64,000 nucleotides of DNA, taken from contig OZ038379.1 in assembly GCA_964036045.1 (NCBI GenBank), forward strand, positions 50,468,001 to 50,532,000. Reading direction: 5' to 3'. The notes below the pieces were generated by a model. The model ran no database searches. It was not told the DNA's origin and was given only the letters and a program-made list of their open reading frames with translations. Positions 1 to 11,062 of the stretch are shown here, piece after piece (position 1 is the stretch's first letter; each line of letters starts with the position of its first letter). The position numbers and the translations under genes were made by a program. The DNA comes from Eutreptiella sp. 'Long Island Sound 2002'. Taxonomy: Eukaryota; Protista; Euglenida.

Positions 1-2030
1 TTTCAGCCATGGGGCCTAAACGAGGGACCCATCAAAGGAATCCGTAGATAGCACCTGAGACACCCATCATACGTTACGGGGTCCATGTAAAAGCACAAAG
101 CTGCGCGGGTGTAGGGTCTCAATCGACTCGGCATGGTGGCTATAGGCAAACCAATTTTGTGGCCACACTGGTCAATAGACGGCACTTTTGATGGCAAATG
201 ACGTCCGCTAAGGGATCCAATTTGATGCCACGCGGCTCCCCAAGCCTTTATGCGCAATCACATTGTCAACGAATGATCACCTAACAACAACGCAAGGGTC
301 CCATGATCACACAACGACCCCCCAAAGGGTCTTGGTGGATTGTCATAAGTCCGCAAAAATACACCACTTTTGTGCCAACGTATGGCCGCTTGAAAGCAAT
401 TCAATCGTCGCTAGGGGGCCCTATAGGGGGCCAATTTGGGGCTTTTAGAGATAGTACCCAGAGACCCCTTTAGTCCCAGGGTGTTCGGGCGTTAGGCCAA
501 TCATTTTTTGCCAACTATAGTAAATATAAGGCAATATACCGCTTTGGAGGGCCAATCACCCTAGCGAAGAGGGCCTATTTGGGGCTGCATGGCTCTGCAT
601 GGCTTAGTATTCACTCCCATTTCCTCCACACGACCGCGGCACACAAGCCCAACGCTTTTAGGGAACGTCCGGGGTCTCCCGAATATTGCCATTGTTTAGC
701 CTAGCAATGCTAGCTTTAAAATTGTTGTGTTTCAGAAATGCTGCGTTCTCAGCCATGGGGGCTAAACGAGGGACCCATCAAAAGAATCCGTAGATAGCAC
801 CTGAGACACCCATCATACGTTAGGGGGTACATGTGAAAGCACAAAGCTGCACGGGTGTAGGGTCTCAATCGACTCGGCATGGTGGCTGTAGGCAACCGAA
901 TTTTGTGGCGACACTGGTGAATAGACGGCACTTTTGATGGCCAATGAGCCCGGCTAAGGGATACAATTTGATGCCACATGGCTCCCCAAGCCTTTATGCG
1001 CAATCACACTGTCAGCAAATGATCACCTAACAACAACGCAAGGGTCCCATGATCACCCAACGACCCCCCAAAGGGTCTTGGTGGATTGTCATAAGTCCAC
1101 CAAAATACACAACTTTTGTGCCAGTGTATGGCCACGTGAAAGCAATTCAATCGTCGCTAGGGGGGCCTATAGGGGGCGAATTTGGGGATTTTAGAGATAG
1201 TACCCAGAGACCCCTTTATTCCTTGGCTGTTTTGGCGTTGGGCGAATTATTTTTTGCCAACTATAGTCACCATAAGGCAATATACCGCTTTGGAGGGCCA
1301 ATCAACCTCACGAACAGGGCCTATTTGGGGTTGAATGGCTCCGCATGGCTTAGTATTCACTCCCATTTCCTCCACACGACCGCGGCACACAAGCCCAACG
1401 CTCTCGGGGAATGTCCGGGGTCTCCCGAAAATTGCCATTGTTTAGCCTAGCAATGCTAGACTTAAAATCGTTGTGTTTCAGAAATGCTGCGTTCTCAGCT
1501 ATGGGGCCTAAACGAGGGACCCATCAAAGGAATCCGTAGATAGCACTTGAGACACCCATCATACGTTAGGGGCTCCATGTAATAGCACAAACCTGCACGG
1601 GTGTAGGGTCTCAATGGACTCGGACTGGTGGCTATAGGCAAACCAATTTTGTGGTCACACTGGTGAATAGACGGCACTTTTGATGGCCAATGAACCCCGC
1701 TAAGGGATCCAATTTGATGCCACATGGTTCCCCAAGCCTTTAGGCGCCATCACATTGTGAACGAATGATCACCTAGCAACAACGCCAGGGTCCCATGATC
1801 ACCCAACAACCCCCCAAGGGTCTTGGTGGATTGTCATAAGTCCACCAAAATACACAACTTTTGTACCAACGTATGGCCGCATGAAAGCAATTCAATCGTC
1901 ACCCGGGGGCCCTATAGGGGGCCGATTCGGGGATTTTAGAGATACTACCCAATAACCCCTTTATTCCTAGGGTGTTTTGGCGTTAGGCCAATCATTCTTT
2001 GCCAACTATATAAGGAATATAACGCAATAT
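1..2030. repeat. 746-bp tandem satellite (~2.7 copies), itself a dimer of two diverged ~346/400-bp subunits
   Basis: CAGC(C/T)ATGGGG-CTAAACGAGGGACCCATCAAA recurs at 4, 750 and 1496 (period 746). Within a unit, the blocks starting CCAATTTTGTGGCCACAC (151) and CCAATCATTTTTTGCCAAC (497) align with each other. The third copy breaks off at ~2030. Confidence 0.95.
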
Positions 2031-2406
2031 ATAAAACCATGTGTGAAATAGTACACTGATGCATGGTGAAACAGACCCCCATTCTTAGTGAATTTCAATG
2101 GGACGCGAAATTTCGCCACATTTGGCAAAATGCAGAATAATGAGGTATAAAACACTGTCAGTCGATTGCCTGCTTGCCACAATACCAGATAGATACATAA
2201 TATCAGAGACATACGATTCGAACCATAAAGAACTCTTTACAACCAATCAATACACAAACATACATCACAAAAAATACCAAATGTTGCCTACAAAAGGCAA
2301 TTCCATGTGCCAACACCCACGAAGGGTGAGTCTGAATAACAAATCAAATAAAGTCGGGCACAAATGAAAATTCAAGTCAACTCCTCAGAGGATGGTGGTT
2401 TTGCAG

Positions 2407-5269
2407 TCACCAATGTCTTATCATAGCAGTTAACAGTCGTTGTTTGTTCCCCAAACGCGTTCCTTTCTGAGGTTGCTGCTGTGGCACGGCTGCTGGTGCG
2501 GTCCCACCACTTAGCAAATTCGCAAAGTTCTCCAATCGCTCTGGTGACGGCAACGGTCCTTTCGGCTCAAACAGTGGATGCGTATTTCCTTTGTGTGGCA
2601 AAACCAACTGCCGACTGTGCTGTTGTGTCTCCTCCTCATCATCCTGCCTCAACAGAGGGTGATCAAGCCCTTTTTGTAGGGGCTGCTTGGGGTTCGGTAC
2701 TGCCACCTGCATAGACAAAGGGGGGATTGCTAGCAGTCCCCTTTTTGGGCGTTGGCTTAGATACCTTTGGCTTTGGGGTTCCCTTGGGGTCGGCACCCAC
2801 GTCCGGCATACTATCCATGCAAACCTGTTCATCAAGGGCATCAGGTACATAAGCCATTCGAGCCCTGTCCATAGACACACCCTTGTCCAGTTGCGGCAAC
2901 ACCAAAACCCCGCAGATTGGGGCCAGAGAGTGAGCCTCTCTTGAAGTACCAATTATGAGCTCAATAGTTTCCTTTCGTAGTTCATCAACCGCACCTTTGA
3001 AGAACCAAATACAACCGAAAATTCCGACTTGAAACGAATGTGCAACGGAACGACAAAATGTGGGGAGTGGGACCCCACTAGCACCCAGTTTGTAAGATTC
3101 ATAGGGACTTTCAAAACCTCCAGCACCGGTTGAATAGCCTCTGGACAAAGGATACTGGGTGATGGGCCTTCACTGAACGTAACGTACATCGTCAGCTAAA
3201 CAGATCGTACAAATTGGACAAAATGACGGGAGTGGCAAAATTTCGCTCGATTGTGAGATTTCCGTTTTTTGGGGGGTACAATTCACAAGGTGCAATGTAC
3301 CGTTCTTGGAATTGAAGTCAACGTGACGATCGTCATCACTGGTTGCATCATAGTGAAATTCCGACCGCGGCTGCAACTGTTGTACACCATGACACTCACC
3401 TGATTCCCTCGCTCCTCAACCAGGTCCGTCCGCAGCCGCCTCATGATGATTTGAACGTCCACCAATTCACCGATAACCACCAATGGTTTCCCCATTGAAA
3501 CGTGTCGCACAGCAAGAGGTGGTAGACCCATGGACTAGCCTTTTGGAACCTCAACGACAACCAGTATGAACGGTAACCCAACGACAGTAACATTCAAAGT
3601 GGTAGTCGGATTCAGAAGACAAAGCTGAAAGGGGGACTCAACGCTAGTAGCATCTGCACCACAACCAAAAAATTGTCTTCAAGTGAACCACATTCCCTTG
3701 GGACCTAGCAATGTCAAAGGAATTACGAAGTCTGGCCAGGTGGCTCGTGAAGTCTACATATTTTGAAGATGTCGAGAGTTCGGCTTTAAAGACAGAGTCC
3801 CAAAGAGGCACAGGCAAGTCATCAGTATACACCCAGCCAGTACAGTGGAACTTCAATGCACCAATTCCCTTGATATGACGCTGTAACGTAGCAATCTCGG
3901 ATGTATTTCCTATTACAAAGGAAAACTGGGTGTCCACACCATGTCTGCAAAGAAGACGCGAAATTTCGCCACTATCAACAAAATTCGATGATTTCATAGT
4001 GCATTTCAGGATGCCCGCACACCATACTGCGGGATGGGTGAACCAACTCCTCTGGACAATCAGGATGCATAACAATCCTGCTCCATCGCATTTCCCTTTG
4101 GCATTCACGTGCCACTTTGGCCAGTCCTACAAAAGCAACTTGTGGAGTCTCCATGTACCCAGCACACTGTCCCAAGTATGGTCTAATGAGCCCCTCAAAT
4201 GGTTTGAATGATCAAAGTGCCAAGGGGATCCTCCTGTTCTCGAAATTGCGTATTCCATCAATTGCTGTATAGCCAGTTGCCTCAATCATTCCAGCCAAAG
4301 GTAGCCGGCTTGGTGGCACACAATCCTATAGTATAGACAACCAAAGTTTTTAGGGCCTAGGACAAAAATGCGCATCAGAGCAACAGTCACACACCGGGCG
4401 TCCTTCGACAACTGTCAATCCAGGCTCCTCCAACATCTAGCGGCACGGGTCCGTGAGAAGAGATCCGCATTTTCAGGCTCCTCCAAGTTCTCCATCAGGA
4501 GCACTGCCCTGTCAAACCTGCATGCTCCTGTGCCTGACAACTGTGTTGTCTGCTGGTGGCCTGCCAGGCGTCTCCTCTGGCGCAAGGGAGTATCCCACCT
4601 TAGAACCATACACTCAAACTCCTGCTGCCATCTCAAAGGGTCCATATTCTTTTTCGCGCGTTCACTTGCTAGTCTCGTTGCCGCACAAAACACATGCTGA
4701 CAGCCAATGATCCAGAAACTGCCCACTACAACAAAAGCAGAAAAAAAATTGTCCCCGGGACAGTACACAAACGATGGACGCATATGTGGAAGTGCAGCAA
4801 CATACAATGGTCAGGCCAGACTAGCAATCCTTTGATGATCCCCACGGGAGATACCCTTGCCCAATCCTTCAGCTGCGGCTTCAGTCTGGTCTCGCTGACC
4901 TTCTTGGTTTGCCCGTGGTCGCGGTTCACATCCGACCGCAGGACGTTGTTGGATAACACCAATGTCTTCTGCACCGCATCGGCTAGAGTGACTGTTTTCG
5001 AAGGTCCCTTCTTGTTTGCACGGCTGTGCGGCGTCCGTTCACTGGGGCCCTCGAAGAACCCGTGCGGGGGTCGTACAAAGAGCGTGGCTCGGGGGCCAGA
5101 GGCACGCTGGTATTTGATTTTGGGAGTACAGGTGACATGACAGCGGGGGCCTAGAGGAAATCAGGGTGCTTTGGTCATGGATCTCAGTGACAGGCATGAA
5201 GTTGGTTGTTTTCGGACCCATTATTCCTAATTTATAGCCTTTGCAAGGGGGAATCCAGGAAAGCTGCAT
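2407..5269 (-). pseudogene. Degraded coding relic of unknown identity (chain of frameshifted minus-strand ORF pieces)
   Basis: Consecutive minus-strand ORFs (5039-5269, 4726-4974, 3644-4108, 3283-3531, 2663-3148) have protein-like composition but many stops. No motif was recognised. Confidence 0.3.
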
Positions 5270-5974
5270 AAAAGCACCTTAAATGACACATCAGGATATT
5301 GTCAGCAAAAGATAGTACATCAAATCAACCAAGACGGGAGCACGGACGAAAAAGAATAGCACATTGTTGGTACGAGTGGCAGTAGTGTAATAGTAGCCTT
5401 TACCACAGAGGCTCAAAACATACAAAACCCATGCAAAACATACAAAGCATGCAAAATTTCGCGTCTCAAACCAAAATAGGGTAAATGCACTATTGAAAAA
5501 ACCAAATATGCCAGATGCGGCGAAATTTCGCCACTCAATGCAAAAAAAACAACAATCAAAGGACGCTGTCGGGTACATTGTAAAGACAACAGGTATGTCA
5601 GTCCCATCGTGAAGTACCCTGTCCAAAAACCTCCTCTTCATCTAGAATTGCTACCATGTCGTCATCATCCGACACAAGACTGTCATCACTGCCACTGTGG
5701 ACTGCAAACAAGGCCACCTCAGGGCCATCGTCCTCGTCATAACTCGCATTGTCGGCACCTGCCCTCCCCCCCCCCATTTGGATGCTGCACCCTATTCCGC
5801 GCTACTAGTGGCTGCGGGCCGGGTTTGGCTGCCGGTTTTGGAGTCCTTGGGGCAGGTTTGGCGATGGGTGCACCCTGTCTGGGGGGGTGGGGGGGGAGCA
5901 GTTGGTTTTGCTACGGGTTTCCCTGGTTTGGGTTTGGCTTTGGGCATAAGTGGGCAGGTAATTTGCATCACGCT

Positions 5975-7755
5975 CTAGATATCCAAATTCCGTTGCACTA
6001 TAATCGTTGACGGAGGCACCGTTTGGTGTAGAACCGTAAGAAGGTCATCGCTTGGGGGATTTTTACGAAGCACGGTCGTGATATATTTGTGAAAGGCAGT
6101 GAAAAGGAAGCTAGGTGGTGAAAATGCCGCAAATGTTGAGGGAAAACGGAGGTCATCTAAACTACGCAACACGACTAGTTCTACAACCCGAATGGGTGGG
6201 GGCTTCCATTGCACAATGGGCAAGGATGCAACAGAGACACTAAGAATAGACTTTCTCATATTGGACCCATACCGCATCACACACTTCTCCGTCAGTGAGA
6301 ACCGCATGTTCTTCCTCCCCGCCAAGGTCTGACTCAACGTTACAAAAATTTCGGGGATGCCACTCAGGGATGTGATGGCAGTCGTAATCCGGCACTGTGC
6401 AAACAACCTGCTCAACATTGCCTCACCATTTTCCTCATTGTGAATACAACCGGGCGTTCGAGAGTGCCAAGACTGCCATGTCCGTAGAGCAGCCACCAAT
6501 GTCTTGATGTACTCCACAATCTCCCAGTGATCCCACACCAAAGAAAGCACAACCAGCAAACAGGAGTCTAGCACTGCCAAGGCATTTTTCCCACTTCCAG
6601 GATCTCTACCAGCCCAATTGCAGTCTCTCACAAGGACACCAATCCTAAATGGAGCACCCCAATACTCCTTCAACAACACCTTCCACCACAAAAGTAGCTC
6701 CTTGCTTTTAGATTGCATGTCCGTCAGTGGTCCATTCTGCGCCGCCACAGCAGATGCATCAAGTTTTGCCTAAACTCTTGGTGGGTAAGTGCGAGCATTT
6801 AGACAAAGCGCCAGCATTGGATTCGCCATATGAAGGAGGTTCACCTTTGTTGGTAATGTGTCCCCTTCCTTGAAATGGTTGTGTACTCTCTCGATCAGAC
6901 AGATAATGGGCAGAAAGTTGCGGTAAAGCATAGCGATCATATGCTTGTACGGGTGCCAAGCCCCGTGGATGAGGGGGAGGCTTGACCAGTGAAACTGTAA
7001 GTTCCATGAAGTGTAACTCTGCCCATACAAGTATTTCAACAGCTCACAGTGAATCTTCATATCCACACATAGAGGCAAATCATGCCGAGTTGCCTGCTGC
7101 ACATGCCGAATGGTATTTAGAAATTTCAAATGATCCAGTTTGGTTCCACACCGTAGTTGACACAGCATCATTGGTTGCCAACGAAGAGATAGCACATTCT
7201 ACCGCACAATGTCCAGGGGAACTTGAACAAAGGTATGCTGAATCATGTGAGGAAGAGCATAGACCCGCCCAAACAGATCCGCATAACGTAGTTGCAAAGC
7301 ATCAATACGTCCCCGAAACGTCTGGACGGCATGAATTAGTGAGACATGAACCGGAAATGGTGGTAGCGCTGGCAAATGTAACACGGCCACAGGTGTGCGG
7401 TTTATGGAGTGGTCACGATGCAGCGGGTCCACCCCATAATTTTTTTTCACCCAGTTGTCGTACCAGAGCGCCATTTGGTGGGTCTGCATGCTTTGCCAAA
7501 GCCAAGTTGCTTGATGACGCGCATTGGCACGAAGTGAGGGCATAGGTAGCTGCATGCACAAGTCCTGTGGGAGCCAAATGAAATAGGCATTGGTACATCC
7601 TCGGAATGTGCATTAGGGGCTGCCATCTTTCTCAAAAGGCGCCACGAGCATAGCAATTGATTGGAGAAAACAGTGTACCAACGGGGCTCCTTCCGTATTC
7701 CATGGGCAAACAGCAACCGTGTAAGATCCTTCCATGAGCGTCGATTTGTTCGCAT
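5975..7755 (-). pseudogene. Degenerate DDE-type transposase, possibly Academ/DUF6589-like (copy 1)
   Basis: Frameshifted pieces give LWYDNWVKKNYGVDP, then VDMKIH, then LIHGAWHPYKH, then CIHNEENGEAMLSRL. The same motif series occurs at 46.2-48.0 kb. The superfamily is inferred only from the DN / D / GxxH / E motif order. Confidence 0.5.
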
Positions 7756-10700
7756 TGCCCGGGCCTAGACAGCCAATACCCTTGCAGAGCCTCCATTGGC
7801 AACATCCATCATGAGACCACCAACGTTTTGAAACTCACGACTTGCCACAACCACCCTTAGCAGTGCCGGATCCATGTCCTGTGGTGACCTCACAGCAAAT
7901 ACTCACATATTTGCCTCAGAACAAGGAACATACTACATACCAAGATTGTCGCCATGTTCATAAAATTCATCAAAGGCACAAATTTCAGTACTTTTTACCG
8001 ATCAAATTAACATACACAGACGCAAATACACAATAAGGGCTTTAATTCATCAAATAATGAAGGAGTGACGAAATTTCGCGTCTCATGCGAGAAAAAAATG
8101 CATGAAAAAAAGGTATGATATCGGCCAATTTCAAAAGAGTGGCCAAATTTCGCTTCATTTTTGGAATTCGGCTCATTTGGGGGTTGAAATTGACTATTCA
8201 GAATTGGAGCATTGGTATGGTTCAAAAAATGGCTTTTAAAACGCAAACTGAAACAGTGACTCGCCCCCCCCCCCCCCCGTGCTTTTCATACCCTAATAAA
8301 ACACCCCAGTTCGGGATAACAAATTAGACTTCTTGAGGGTTACCAGGGAGGGCAGTTAAGGCCTCCTAAGATGATAGGATGTAGATTTGGAAGGAGGAGC
8401 ATGCAAGATGCCTACCACTCACTAGTTGTTGTCATGGTGTGTGTAAAGGCGTACTTGTGTGCCACTTGGAGTTGGATCGCACTATGCATGTGCGTTCTTA
8501 ACCATGGCACATGGGGCCGCACACCGGCATATTTGCGGGTAATCCGGATCGCCGTGTGCGAGGACAACGACATGGGCACCCTACCTACCATATGGGATGA
8601 AAATCCACATGTACAACATCATGCGATGTGCTATGTTGTACTTTGTGCTTTCTTCAATGTTGTGACATTCACATCGCCAAATTCATTAATCTTCATGCCC
8701 ACAAGAAAATAAAGGGAGCAGCAATATCGCAGTGTTGAAAGAAAAAAGGATGCACCTTTTTGGTCCGGGATTTGCCCTCCATTCATGACTAAAAGGACTT
8801 GTATGGAGTGGGGGAAAGAAGGTTTGCGCGGAGGGGGGGGGGGCTTAGGCCCCCTTTGCTAGAACCCCCCCCCTTCAGGGATTGAACGTCGGGAGGCCTT
8901 ACAAAGTAGCCTGCACAACCCAAAAAATGAGTGTTCAATGATGAAAACTGATTTCCAGCACTTCCCGGATCCCCCCCCAACGTTGGTGGTACTTTTGTCC
9001 GGTCAATTCCGGCTACATCCAATAGCAAAAAACAAAAAAAATGGATGTAACGCCCCACCTTGGCCTCCTGTTGGTGTTACACTTAAGAATCAGATGAATC
9101 ATTTGATGATTCAAAAACATTGGATCCTGAACTATTACCATCAGAAGTAGAATCAGATTTTCGGGAATCAGAGGCAGAGGGCCGAGTGGCACACGAAAAT
9201 CTTTAAAAGGCAAAGAAATGATGGCCGACATTTCTCCTGATGAAATGCATAAAACCCAGAAATGCTGCTGAAAAAAGATATTTGTTTATTCCTCCTTTCT
9301 AACAGAGTGGGAGTGTCGAAACCAGAGGTCGCCGCCACCTCTAAAGCTCCCGAGGGATCCGGGACGTCTTAGTGCATATTTCGCTTAGCCCACTTTGTAA
9401 GGGGGTCGGCCATCGCGACTCCTGAGGAGGAGCCCTGGGCGCCCCTAGACCGGGGTTTTCTCTTTTGCCCCCTCCGCTAATTAGATCTGCCAAAAAAAGA
9501 CGTTACAGCTGTCGGAAATCAGCCATCAGGGTTGAGCGCACTAGTGGAACCGAAACCCCTACGCCCTTCATGTGCCCGTTTTAGACCCCATTTGACCAAA
9601 GGGGAGTTAAGAGCAGAATTTCCTTCAGTTCGCTGGGTAAAAGATCCCCTAATTTTCATTTCATGATCGGTCGTCACCTTCGGGCCCCTCTCCTGGACCC
9701 CCCCCCTCCTTCTGAGGGGTCGAAGCCCCCCCTCCCCCCCCCCCTCGGACAAACCTTTTTTTCCCTTGCCATGGGGCAGCTCGTCACGTGTCCACCCAGA
9801 TGGTTATTAGGGGTCACCAACCGTGCCTACGCCACATGATCAGCGTCTCTACATCGCCCATAGTGGGCTTTGCGTACGGTATGGGTGCGTGGGAGATGGG
9901 TACGGCGGCATGGGTGCACACGTTATGGACTTGTGGACGTTGGCCTAAGAGGCGGAGGCCTCTCTCCGCTGTCATGACATGGGCTACAGCTCAAAGAATG
10001 ATGCATAGGGGAGCCAAACAATGCGACGGAGCGGTGTTTGGCTTTCTCATTCATTGTCCATTGTTTTATGGCCCTTGGACCCCCAGAAGAGAGGTTCTTG
10101 ATTCCTGCTTAAGGGCACCCCGAAACAAGAATGCCCTAGCTGTGCAACAGGTAAGGTATTGCACATTGTATTGTAGTGTCTTTTTTCACCACCATTCCTG
10201 GGTTTGATGCATTTTACCACGAAAAATGGCGGACATCGTTGCTTTGCCTGCTGGGTTGCGTTGGCCACTGGTCTAGTCTCGTCTACCTCCAAGAGTAGAA
10301 GGTAGTTGGAACGGCAATATGCCCATACAATTCGTGTGGCACCTTTATGGGCCCCAAGCGATGGAGGGCGTCTGAGTGCACATTTCGCTTGGCACACCTT
10401 ATAAGGGGACGGGGCATCCTGACTCCTGAGGAGGGGCCCTGGGGGCCCCCAGTCTTGAGTTTTTTCTTTTGCCCGCTCCCCTAATTGGATCCGCCAAAAA
10501 GGGATGTTACACTTGTGGAACATGAGCCATCACGGTTGAGCGCACTAGGGGAACCGCCCCCCTAGGCCCGCGCCCCTTTTATACCCCGTACGACCCGGAG
10601 GGAGCTAAGTGCCGAATTTTCTTCAGTTCGTTGGGTAAAAAGACCCGAAATTTTTGTTTCATGAATGGTTGCGACCTTCGGGCCCCTTTCTTGGACCCCC

Positions 10701-11062
10701 CCCTCCTTCGCAGGGTTCGAAAATGCCCCCACCACCCACCCCCGCACAAACCTTTTTTCCCCTTGCCATGGGGCAGCTCGCCACGTGTCCACCAAGATGG
10801 TTATTGGGGGTCACCAACCCTTCCTACGCCACATTGTCAGTGTGTCTACACCGCCCATCGTGGGCTCCGCATTCAGTATGGGTGCTTGCGAGATGGGTGC
10901 GGCGGCATGGGTGCACACGCTATGGACTGGTGGACGTTGGCCTAAGAGGCGGAGGCCTATCTCCGCTGTCATGACATGGGCTACAGCTCAAAGAATGATG
11001 CAGAGGGGAGCCACACATTGCGATGGAGCGCTGCTTGGCTGTCTTTTTCATTGTCCATTGTT

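Noticed and set aside
2407-5269. RecQ-like helicase of an AcademH element
   Set aside because: No Walker A, DExH or QxxGRAGR motif could be read with confidence in any frame.
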